43,393 nucleotides of DNA from Candidatus Micrarchaeota archaeon (GTDB lineage Archaea; Micrarchaeota; Micrarchaeia; Micrarchaeales; CABMGC01). The position numbers and the translations under genes are program-made. Numbering within the stretch: the first letter of the stretch is position 1; every line of letters begins with the position of its first letter. The notes below the pieces were generated by a model, which ran no database searches, was not told the DNA's origin, and worked only from the letters and a program-made list of their open reading frames with translations. Positions 1-8,131 of this stretch are shown here, in pieces. The stretch spans positions 8,145 through 51,537 of the forward strand of contig JAGDYD010000003.1 in the NCBI GenBank assembly GCA_023256515.1. Direction: 5' to 3'.

Positions 1-20
1 GCGTTACTCCTGCCGGCACT

Positions 21-284
21 ATGCCTCTTTATTGGTGCGATGGCATATTGTTCAGCTTCTCTTCGCTTCCTATGACAGACGATGTCATAAAGGATTATTT
101 GAAGGGAAGGATACACTGGCTAGAAGTGCATTTCTCAAAGATGGAAGAATATACTCCAGTTCTTACTTTAAACGATGAAGAGTACAAGGCAACAATGAGC
201 ATAAGGGTAATTGATACAAGCAGCTCAGAGCTGCACAAAGATTTTGTAAAATGGCTAAAATCTAATTTGAAGGAGAAGAGGTGA
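21..284 (+). CDS. hypothetical protein; the frame is open to the window edge, so it may be the 3' part of a longer gene
   Basis: ORF track 87 aa. There is no stop between position 3 and the ATG at 21. I recognise no family motif. It sits immediately upstream of rpoP with a GAGGTGA SD for rpoP in its last codons. Confidence 0.35.
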   Translation: MPLYWCDGILFSFSSLPMTDDVIKDYLKGRIHWLEVHFSKMEEYTPVLTLNDEEYKATMSIRVIDTSSSELHKDFVKWLKSNLKEKR

Positions 285-288
285 AAAA

Positions 289-420
289 ATGGCATATGTT
301 TGCTTGCAATGTGGAAAACAAATAAAAGATATATCAAACTTTGTAAGGTGCCCTTACTGCGGCTATAGAGTAGTTACAAAAGAGAGATCCTCTCTTGCTA
401 GAGAGGTTTCTACAGATTAG
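289..420 (+). CDS. rpoP: DNA-directed RNA polymerase subunit P (Rpo12/RpoP), 43-aa zinc ribbon
   Basis: Hand translation gives MAYVCLQCGKQIKDISNFVRCPYCGYRVVTKERSSLAREVSTD*. It has CxxC...CxxC and the RCPYCGY signature typical of archaeal RpoP. A GAGGTGA SD lies 4-5 nt upstream. The ORF is below the 60-aa cutoff of the ORF track. Confidence 0.8.
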   Translation: MAYVCLQCGKQIKDISNFVRCPYCGYRVVTKERSSLAREVSTD

Positions 421-659
421 CTTTCGCTTACAATTATACTTTCTGCTATATTCTTTACTCTTTTGTAAAGAACGCTATTTTTTGACAGCTCTTCTCTTAC
501 ATTGCTGCTTTTAGCCAAATTTTCCAATTTTGTTGTAAGAAGATGAGAAACTTCTCCTTTTTCAATATCAAGAACTACTTCTTTTACATTTCCAATCATT
601 CTTCCTCCTGTTGTTATAATCTTCTTTCCATATATCTCTGATATTTTCATAAAGATCAC
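417..659 (-). CDS. small PRC-barrel domain protein (CdpB-like size class)
   Basis: 80 aa. KISEIYGKKIITTGGRMIGNVKEVVLDIEKGEVSHLL matches the PRC-barrel pattern (G..V....G..lG.v.dv.hD...g.v..L). There is a 4-nt overlap with the upstream gene. Confidence 0.7.
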   Translation of the reverse strand: MIFMKISEIYGKKIITTGGRMIGNVKEVVLDIEKGEVSHLLTTKLENLAKSSNVREELSKNSVLYKRVKNIAESIIVSES

Positions 660-1213
660 TTCCCAATCTCTATCCTCATTAGTTTTTTAGAAGCAAACAT
701 TCTTATTATATACTCATTCAGCTCTTTTATGAAATCCTCTTCATTTGTCTTCATTTCCTTTAGCTCTTCATCGCTAAAAAGATCAAGATGCTCGTTTACC
801 AGCTTCCTTAAGTAATCCTTTGTCAGAGAATAAAAAGCGTGATTGCAGGAGGTGCATACATAAATAGGCACTAGAGGCACTTCCTTTAGTTTTTTTGTAT
901 CGACAAGATCTAGCTCTCTTTTTATGCTTTTTTTCCCGCATTTTGGGCACGTAGCGTTTATCTCTATACTTTTGTATTCAGAATCAATTATATTCAAGCT
1001 TTTTCCTGCTTCATAGTTTCTCAAGCTCTCTTCAGCCCCTTTCTTGCTTCTTATCTGCTCTAGCACTGCCCCATTCTCATTAAATATGCTTATCAATGAT
1101 CCTTCCTTAAGCTCTTCTGCCAATACAAATCTGCCTTCTATAATTTCTGTCTTTATCTTCCCGTTTGGGCTCTTGTATGCATTTATCTGGTTTGCCTGCG
1201 TAGAATGCACCAA
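656..1213 (-). CDS. hypothetical zinc-ribbon protein
   Basis: 185 aa with CPKCG...(31 aa)...CTSCN forming a 4-Cys ribbon and an acidic helical C-terminus. It is tightly coupled to both flanking genes. Family not recognised. Confidence 0.6.
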   Translation of the reverse strand: MVHSTQANQINAYKSPNGKIKTEIIEGRFVLAEELKEGSLISIFNENGAVLEQIRSKKGAEESLRNYEAGKSLNIIDSEYKSIEINATCPKCGKKSIKRELDLVDTKKLKEVPLVPIYVCTSCNHAFYSLTKDYLRKLVNEHLDLFSDEELKEMKTNEEDFIKELNEYIIRMFASKKLMRIEIGK

Positions 1214-1453
1214 TTAGCTATGCTTCAATATATATTCGTTTATCTCTTCCTTTGTAATTTTTTCCTTTTTCTTCTCTTTGGCCCTTTTTACTGCAAAGCT
1301 GGAAATCTCCTTTGCCTTTTTTTCTAGAAGTTTTGCTATTGCTTCTACGCCGTCGTTCGTTATATTTGCTCCGGTGTATTTTTTGACAAGCTTTTTTATG
1401 TTTGTCCTAGATATATTCGCCATGTGCTCAGCACTCAAGATCTTCATCACCAA
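1214..1453 (-). CDS. histone-fold protein (divergent archaeal histone-like)
   Basis: ISRTNIKKLVKKYTGANITNDGVEAIAKLLEKKAKEISSFAVKRAKEKKKEKITKEEINEYI aligns by eye to the HMf-type pattern (PIGRIIK.AGA.RVS.DA...L...LE....I...A...A.HAGRKT+..EDI). The start is ambiguous: TTG 1453, ATG 1447, TTG 1438 or ATG 1423. Confidence 0.6.
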   Translation of the reverse strand: MVMKILSAEHMANISRTNIKKLVKKYTGANITNDGVEAIAKLLEKKAKEISSFAVKRAKEKKKEKITKEEINEYILKHS

Positions 1454-1585
1454 TCAGAAAAGATCTCATCACTATTATTATTCCCCTATTGAATTTTAAA
1501 TATTTATACTATTGCGCAATCTGCGCATAAACTTTGGCTTTTGTGCTAAAATCAAGATAATCGTGTGCCAATTTTCTTAATAAGG

Positions 1586-1593
1586 TTTAAATA
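1586..1593 (+). promoter_or_regulatory. TATA-box-like element (GG-TTTAAATA) for trxA
   Basis: TTTAAATA lies 40-47 nt upstream of the ATG at 1633, with a GTGAT SD at 1625-1629. The spacing fits an archaeal promoter with a short 5' UTR. Confidence 0.4.
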
Positions 1594-1632
1594 TTTTTAT
1601 TAGAAATTTATGATTGCTAATTTTGTGATTGA

Positions 1633-1965
1633 ATGGTTGTAGAAGATGTAAGCAAGGAAAATTTCGAAGAAAAGGTGCTAAAGTCAGATCTTCCTGTAGT
1701 TATAGATTTTTGGGCTGAATGGTGTGGCCCATGCAGAATCTTCTCTCCTATAATAGAGAAGTTTTCTGAAGATGAAAAATACAAAGGCAAGGTAAAGTTT
1801 TACAAGCTGAATACAGACGAGAACCCAGAGATAGCAGTAGAGTATGGAGTGATGAGCATACCTACCGCAATGCTCTTTGAAAAAGGAGAAGTAAAGGCTA
1901 TTAGTGTAGGTGCTGTGCCTCAAGAGCATTTCAAGAAATGGCTTGATGAAAACCTTAGAAGGTAG
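1633..1965 (+). CDS. trxA: thioredoxin
   Basis: 110 aa. It has the WCGPC active site (FWAEWCGPCR) and the downstream ...PT..LF.. pattern. Confidence 0.9.
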   Translation: MVVEDVSKENFEEKVLKSDLPVVIDFWAEWCGPCRIFSPIIEKFSEDEKYKGKVKFYKLNTDENPEIAVEYGVMSIPTAMLFEKGEVKAISVGAVPQEHFKKWLDENLRR

Positions 1966-2012
1966 GTATGCATTTTTATAAACTAATTTCCTTATAAAAT
2001 CTTAGTGTTAAT

Positions 2013-3293
2013 ATGGTGAATCTTTCAATACCTCGTGGCACCAGAGATTTTGGCACTAAAGAAGCCATAGCCAGAAAAGAGGTTATTGCCATAATAGAGG
2101 AGATGTTCAAGAGGTTTGGATTTTCACCTATAGAAACTCCTTCTTTTGAGAATTTAGAAGTGCTAAATGCAAAGAGCACTTATGGAGAAGAGTCTTTAAA
2201 TGAAATATTTAAGCTGGAGGGCGAAGATGCTGCTTTGAGGTATGATCTGACTGTTCCTTTGGCAAGATTTGTAGCTATGAACAAGGATCTGCCAATGCCT
2301 TTCAAAAGATACCAAATAGCAAATGTTTGGAGAAAAGAAGAGCCTCAAAAAATGAGGTATAGGGAGTTTGTCCAGGCGGATGTGGATATAGTGGGAACAA
2401 GCGAGATATCAAGCGATGCAGAGCTTATTGCATTAGGCTCTTTTATTCTTGACAAATTGGGCATAGAAGGCTATGAAATACTTGTAAATGACAGGATTTT
2501 GCTAAACGAGATTCTTTACCTTTTCAATGTGCCAAAAGAAAAAATTTCTAAGGTTATAAGATTGATAGACAAAATACCAAAGATAGGCAGCGAAGAGGTA
2601 AAGATGCAGCTTTCTTCTTTGCTCAATCAAAAAGATGCTGAAGCCATAGTTGAATTTATACTCAAAGAGGATTCAAATGAAAAAAAGATAGAGCTGCTAG
2701 AAGCAAACATAAATGCAAAAGAAGAGGTAAAGAAATTCAAAGAGTTCATGGCCCTTTTAGATAATTATGGTTTAAAAGCAAAGGTTGTTTTTGATTTGTC
2801 GCTTGTAAGGGGGATAGACTATTACACAAGCTTTGTTTGGGAGTTTGTAAAATACGATTCAAACGGAAAAAGGCTGCCAACGCTGTGCGCTGGAGGCAGA
2901 TACGATAATCTGCTAGGCATATTCTCAGGAGAGAAAATTCCAGCAACAGGCATGTCTGTTGGCTTAGATAGGGTTATGGATATTATAGGCAATAATGAGC
3001 TAAGGAAAAGCTATGCCCAAGTCTTCATTGCTTATATAGGGGATAATTTAGATTATGCAATTAGGATAGCAAATGTGCTGAGAAGCAATGGAATTTATAC
3101 TGACATGAACATCACAAAAAGAGGCTTGTCAAAGCAGCTAGACTACATAAACTCAATGGGTATAAGGTATGCAATAATAGTTGGCGATAGCGAAAAGAAG
3201 GAAAGCAAGCTTAAGCTAAGGGACATGCTCTCTGGCAGCGAAGAGCTTTTAAGCTTAGAAGAAGCTATAAATGTATTGAAGGGGACAAAATGA
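2013..3293 (+). CDS. hisS: histidine--tRNA ligase
   Basis: 426 aa. Motifs: RGTRDF, RYDLTVPLARF, motif 2 FKRYQIANVWRKEEPQKMRYREFVQADVDIVG, GGRYDNL, motif 3 GMSVGLDRV. Confidence 0.95.
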   Translation: MVNLSIPRGTRDFGTKEAIARKEVIAIIEEMFKRFGFSPIETPSFENLEVLNAKSTYGEESLNEIFKLEGEDAALRYDLTVPLARFVAMNKDLPMPFKRYQIANVWRKEEPQKMRYREFVQADVDIVGTSEISSDAELIALGSFILDKLGIEGYEILVNDRILLNEILYLFNVPKEKISKVIRLIDKIPKIGSEEVKMQLSSLLNQKDAEAIVEFILKEDSNEKKIELLEANINAKEEVKKFKEFMALLDNYGLKAKVVFDLSLVRGIDYYTSFVWEFVKYDSNGKRLPTLCAGGRYDNLLGIFSGEKIPATGMSVGLDRVMDIIGNNELRKSYAQVFIAYIGDNLDYAIRIANVLRSNGIYTDMNITKRGLSKQLDYINSMGIRYAIIVGDSEKKESKLKLRDMLSGSEELLSLEEAINVLKGTK

Positions 3294-3811
3294 AAAAAGA
3301 GAGCGTAGAAGAGGTAACAAAACGCGTGCTGGAAAGCGGAGGCATATTGGCTAAGCTTTATTTTGATATGCAAAGCGAAAAGCCTGATGACCTACAGCCA
3401 CTTATGGCAGAGATGGTTAATGAGAAGATACTAAAGACTCCTGGGGTTGTATATTGCTATGGCAGCATAGATGAGCCCATAAAATTGGATGATTCTACCT
3501 ATTCAACAAGCGCCGTATTGACTATACTTTTCAAAGATTTTGCTGCTTTGATAAATGTGGCATTCAATTACACGCCTGCAGGCGTAGAAATACTAAAGCC
3601 CGAAAAAGAATATCTGCTTAAGACAAGCGAGATGCAGTCAATAGCTTTGGATGTTGCCCAAATATCTGTAAACTATGCCCAATATATTTTGAGCAAAGTT
3701 CTATCAAAAGAGGATTTTGAAAAGATAAAAGAGAGCTTGGAAAGGAGGGAAAAGCTTGGCAAAGAGCTGCTAGAGAAGGCAAAGAAGAATAGCGAAGAGG
3801 CTAAACCTTAA
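3290..3811 (+). CDS. hypothetical protein
   Basis: 173 aa. ATGA overlap with the hisS stop. Lys/Glu-rich helical C-terminus. No motif recognised. Confidence 0.55.
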   Translation: MKKESVEEVTKRVLESGGILAKLYFDMQSEKPDDLQPLMAEMVNEKILKTPGVVYCYGSIDEPIKLDDSTYSTSAVLTILFKDFAALINVAFNYTPAGVEILKPEKEYLLKTSEMQSIALDVAQISVNYAQYILSKVLSKEDFEKIKESLERREKLGKELLEKAKKNSEEAKP

Positions 3812-4880
3812 GCATTCTTTTTATTATAAGGCTGGGCCTATCCATATCTCCATATTTCGACAAAACCTTTTCTATGCTCAGCGCTTTCAAAAGCCTTGCA
3901 AGGTAATCGAGCTGCCTATTGCTCAAAGAAGAGTATATTGAGTGTATTAAATTGTGAAGCCTCACTTCCATTCCAAATTCCTTAAGCCAATTCCTTTCAT
4001 AAGATTCTAAGCTAGTTTTGCTGTTTATCTTATCGTGTATTGCTTTTGCAGCTATAATTGCAGCATTGCCTCCAAATATTATGCCGCCGCCTGTGGTGCT
4101 TTTTACCTGGCCCGCAGCATCGCCTACAAGAAGGACATTTTTTTCGTCATATGCGAACCTCTCCCTTAGTGCTATGGGTATTATGCTTGCACCCCCGCCT
4201 ATGAGTCTTGCATCTTTTATCAAATCCTTTACTTCTTTTTTCATAATGAATTTTTTGAATGCATCTGTGCTTTTGCCAAGCTTGCTCTCTATGCCTACTC
4301 CAATCTCTATCTCATCTCCATGAGGTGCTATCCAGCCAAATAGCCCCTTGGTTATATTGTTGTCAAAGAAAAGGTCTACTGTTTCCATATCTTCTTTTTT
4401 TGCCTTGTACTCTGCCCTATATGTCAATACAAATCTTTTGATGCTCGGAAAGCCGAAGTGGCTTGCCACATTTGATACTGCACCGTCTGCGCCTGCTATT
4501 ATTCCGTCCATATTTGAAAGCTCGCTTTTGCTAATGCTCTTTCCGTAAAGAATCTTTGCACCGTTGCTCTCTGCTTCTTCCCTTAATTGGATATTCAGCT
4601 TCTCCCTATCTATGCCATATGCTTGTAGGTCCTTAGATTTTATGTGCAATACAGTCTTATCAAAATATATATTGGCTCCATAAAGCTTGTTCAGCCAAAT
4701 GTTCTTTACATTTATTCCTAAACCTTTAAGCCCGCTTGCTGATAAAATGCCAGAGCTGCTTTTTGATGGCTCTATTCCTTTTTTTCTTTCATAAACTGTT
4801 GTAGGCACATCTAGCTTAGAAAGCTCTCTGGCTAGGATTAATCCGTTTACTCCTGCCCCTATTACATTGCATTTCATCAT
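3801..4880 (-). CDS. FAD-dependent oxidoreductase, geranylgeranyl reductase family
   Basis: 359 aa. N-terminal dinucleotide fold VIGAGVNGLILARELSK...YERK. C-terminal LLVGDAAGQVKSTTGGGIIFG is typical of GGR-family lipid reductases. Confidence 0.7.
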   Translation of the reverse strand: MMKCNVIGAGVNGLILARELSKLDVPTTVYERKKGIEPSKSSSGILSASGLKGLGINVKNIWLNKLYGANIYFDKTVLHIKSKDLQAYGIDREKLNIQLREEAESNGAKILYGKSISKSELSNMDGIIAGADGAVSNVASHFGFPSIKRFVLTYRAEYKAKKEDMETVDLFFDNNITKGLFGWIAPHGDEIEIGVGIESKLGKSTDAFKKFIMKKEVKDLIKDARLIGGGASIIPIALRERFAYDEKNVLLVGDAAGQVKSTTGGGIIFGGNAAIIAAKAIHDKINSKTSLESYERNWLKEFGMEVRLHNLIHSIYSSLSNRQLDYLARLLKALSIEKVLSKYGDMDRPSLIIKRMLKV

Positions 4881-4968
4881 ATAAGTGCCTTGAAGAAGTT
4901 TCGAAATAAATAGATATTGTTTTATAATTTATCTATTAAATATCTTTACTAGCTTTGAAGGTAGTTGA

Positions 4969-7900
4969 ATGTCCTTAGTCCTTGTAATATTAGAGGCTTT
5001 ATTGTCTATAATTGTGCCTGGGTTTTTCTTATCTCTAGCTTTGCTCAGAAAGACAAATCTTTCAATGTTTGAGATAGTGGTGATTGGCTTTATCTTCGGC
5101 TTGATATTCCCTCCAGCATTGACATGGCTCGAAAGCTATTTTATAAATTATATACACTTTTTCTCTTTCTCAGAAAGCTTGTATAATATAAATGTCGTCT
5201 TGCTCACAATAATAGGCATAGCGCTTTCTTATAAGCAAGGCCTTTTCTCAACAACTAAAAAGCAATCAGTTGAATTTTCAAGGAATGCAGATTATAAAGA
5301 GAGGATAAAAGAGGTAAGGCAAAAGATACGCGATCTCGGCCTAGAAATAAAGCTTATAGAGAAGCATGAGAAAGAAGAAGCAGATCTAGAAATGAAGCAC
5401 AAAAGCGAAGAGGCGGCTATAAGCAGCTTAAGCCCAGAAGAAAAAGAAAAGATACTTGCTTTGCATAAAAAAGAAGAAAAAGAGCTAATAGAGGCCCATG
5501 AAGCAGAGGAGAAGCTTCTTTTGGAATCTCATGAGAAGATCGGCAAAAAAGAGCAGAGCAATATGAATTATGTGTGGCTTATCCTAACTTTTCTTATGCT
5601 CCTTACATTTGTGACTAGAATTGCAAACATAAATGTTGCTCCAAAATATTTTGAGTTTGATCCTTATTTCGACATGATAAGCACTGAATACATACTTACC
5701 TATGGCTATCAATTGCTTTACGACCATTCGGCTTGGCCTACAGTGCCTCAAGGAACTATACATAGGATACAGCCTATAGTTCCTTATCTAGAAGCCTATT
5801 GGTATGATCTTGCAAATACACATCCAGCAAACTCTACAACTATAGATACAAATCTGCTTAGCCTTGTAAGCGGTTGGTATCCTCCAATAACAGCAGCATT
5901 GCTCGTTTTTGTTGTATTCTTTTTCCTATACCATGAGTATGGCAAGTTTCCAGCATTAATAGGCGCATCTCTTACCGCAAGCATGCCTGCTTTGGTTACT
6001 ACGTTTATAGCTGGAGAGCAGCTTCTAGAGCCTTGGGGCATATTTGCTATGTTCTTCTTCTATGCCGCTTATATACTTGCTGTAAAGAATATGAAAGAAA
6101 AGAGGTTTGCAATATTGGCTGGCATAGCATACGCATCTACTTTCCTTGGAGCTCATTATTATACAGTGAATGCAGGTGTCTTGGCAATCTATATCATATT
6201 ACAAGGAGTTATTGATGCAATAAGGGGCAAAGAGCTTACAGATTTCTATAAGATGAATGTAATAGTAATACTCACCTTCTCAATATTCTATGCACTGTAT
6301 GCCCCATATTCCGCAACCTTGACTGAAAGAACTCCTTCAGTAATAGGAATACCTATAATAATAGCATTTCCTCTATTTGCATTAATCTTTGTTGCCCTGC
6401 TTGATTACTTATCAAGGCTTTATTCAGAAAAGATAGAGAAGAACAAGTCTATAATGGCAATATTCTCAATACTTTCAGTATTTGGGGCATTAGTATTGGC
6501 CTTTGAGTTCTTGACCAATAGGATAAGCAAAGACATTAAGGCTCTTTCAAGATTCAGCATAGCATCGCTTCTTGGCTTTTTTGTAATACTTCTAATAATA
6601 TTTACCCCACTGGGCAAGCCTGTATATAGATATATACAGCTTAGCACTCACTTTATAACTCCTTCAATACCTTTGTTCATGACTGTTCAAGAGTATGAGC
6701 CTACTGGAATAAACTTTAACTTTGCCTCTGCTGGTTTTGGAATAATTGGCTTGAACATTGGTGGAGTAAATATAATAATCTGGCTTGTCTTGTTTGCATT
6801 TACCGCTCTTGAGCTGCTTGCAATATACTATAGAAATTCAAAAATGAGCATAATGGCATTGGCTGCAGTATGGCCTCTTGCAATAGCAGGGATGATAGAG
6901 GTAAAGTACCTGCCTCATTTTGGTGTTGGCTATATAATAGCGATATCTGCAATAATTGGTGAATTGATTCTTTATATACAAAACGGATATAGCTTCAAAT
7001 ACAGGTCAGGCACATATAACCAGAGAGATTTGAAAGTACTTTATGGTATATCTATAATAGTGGTTTTGCTCGAGGCGGCAACATTTGTGCCTATTTTCTC
7101 AGCAATGGCAAATCCAAACTGCAACCAAATAATCAATTCAGGAAATGCGATAGGCTACGACATGTTCTGCAATCTTGTTCCTAACTATTGGCTGCAGGCA
7201 ACTGCATGGATGAGGCAGAATGTGGGCCCATTCGGACCAAGAATCCTCTCTTGGTGGGACTATGGTGATTGGATCAATTGGTTTGGAAACAGCAACGCGG
7301 TATTGAGGGGCGATAATGCGGTAGCAACATTGGATTATGCAGCTGCAGCACAATATGTATTGGGCCCTGCAGATGGTTATGGTGCTAAAGAAATGGCCAA
7401 TTTCATGAATACAGTGGCACATGCAAAATACTTGCTTTTAGATAATGAGCTTTTGCCAAAATGGGGTGCTCTTGATTTCCTTGCATGCATACATGTAAAT
7501 GAAACAAACATGTCTTTTGCAGAAAGCCAAGGCGCACTTGTGGGAAAGCCTTACCTGCTTGGAACCTCAACATGCGAAATAACGCATGATCCTGTGTACG
7601 CCCTTGTTCCACTTAATACAAACAACATAAACAATTTCTGCACAACAAATTCCAGCCAGCCTATGGTTAAAGTAATACTCTCTCTTGGAAATATAGTTTA
7701 TTTAAATGGTACTTATTGCATGCCTACCTCTCTATATAATTCAACCTCTCCAGTCAATATCTACTATTCCAATGGCACAAAGATATCAAATGCATTCATA
7801 GTGCCAAACGGAGAATTCTATTTTGGAAATATAAATCTTTCTGGACAGCCATTTGCTGACTTCATGGTGATGTATACTCCAAACGGACCAAACTATACAG

Positions 7901-8127
7901 TAACAGATGCGCCTAGCGAGTTCTATAACTCTAATTATTATCGCGGTTTCTTCTTTGGTTACTTGCCTGGCTTCACAAGAGTGTATCCTTCTAATTTCAC
8001 TGGCATAAATTACATGAATTCTACAAACCCTGTAGTTATACTCGCATTAAACAACTATACTGGTGGCCTCCCTTACGTGACTCCTAAGCCAAGCTGGGTA
8101 AAGAACAATTATACTATACCTGGCTGA
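4969..8127 (+). CDS. aglB: oligosaccharyltransferase AglB/STT3 with an N-terminal extension
   Basis: 1052 aa. WWDYG motif (SWWDYGDWINW), first-loop acidic motif FEFDPYFD (cf. eukaryotic STT3 HEFDPWFNY), more than 13 hydrophobic segments, and a large sequon-rich C-terminal domain. Confidence 0.9.
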   Translation: MSLVLVILEALLSIIVPGFFLSLALLRKTNLSMFEIVVIGFIFGLIFPPALTWLESYFINYIHFFSFSESLYNINVVLLTIIGIALSYKQGLFSTTKKQSVEFSRNADYKERIKEVRQKIRDLGLEIKLIEKHEKEEADLEMKHKSEEAAISSLSPEEKEKILALHKKEEKELIEAHEAEEKLLLESHEKIGKKEQSNMNYVWLILTFLMLLTFVTRIANINVAPKYFEFDPYFDMISTEYILTYGYQLLYDHSAWPTVPQGTIHRIQPIVPYLEAYWYDLANTHPANSTTIDTNLLSLVSGWYPPITAALLVFVVFFFLYHEYGKFPALIGASLTASMPALVTTFIAGEQLLEPWGIFAMFFFYAAYILAVKNMKEKRFAILAGIAYASTFLGAHYYTVNAGVLAIYIILQGVIDAIRGKELTDFYKMNVIVILTFSIFYALYAPYSATLTERTPSVIGIPIIIAFPLFALIFVALLDYLSRLYSEKIEKNKSIMAIFSILSVFGALVLAFEFLTNRISKDIKALSRFSIASLLGFFVILLIIFTPLGKPVYRYIQLSTHFITPSIPLFMTVQEYEPTGINFNFASAGFGIIGLNIGGVNIIIWLVLFAFTALELLAIYYRNSKMSIMALAAVWPLAIAGMIEVKYLPHFGVGYIIAISAIIGELILYIQNGYSFKYRSGTYNQRDLKVLYGISIIVVLLEAATFVPIFSAMANPNCNQIINSGNAIGYDMFCNLVPNYWLQATAWMRQNVGPFGPRILSWWDYGDWINWFGNSNAVLRGDNAVATLDYAAAAQYVLGPADGYGAKEMANFMNTVAHAKYLLLDNELLPKWGALDFLACIHVNETNMSFAESQGALVGKPYLLGTSTCEITHDPVYALVPLNTNNINNFCTTNSSQPMVKVILSLGNIVYLNGTYCMPTSLYNSTSPVNIYYSNGTKISNAFIVPNGEFYFGNINLSGQPFADFMVMYTPNGPNYTVTDAPSEFYNSNYYRGFFFGYLPGFTRVYPSNFTGINYMNSTNPVVILALNNYTGGLPYVTPKPSWVKNNYTIPG

Positions 8128-8131
8128 TTTA

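Noticed and set aside
4018-4548. Plus-strand ORFs (60-101 aa) antisense to the geranylgeranyl-reductase-family gene
   Set aside because: Shadow ORFs with no independent support.
5250-5562. Considered whether the Lys/Glu/His-rich stretch of AglB is a separate small gene or a DNA-level tandem repeat
   Set aside because: There is no stop codon or internal SD separating it from the AglB core. The DNA is only loosely repetitive (purine-rich codons), not a true tandem repeat.
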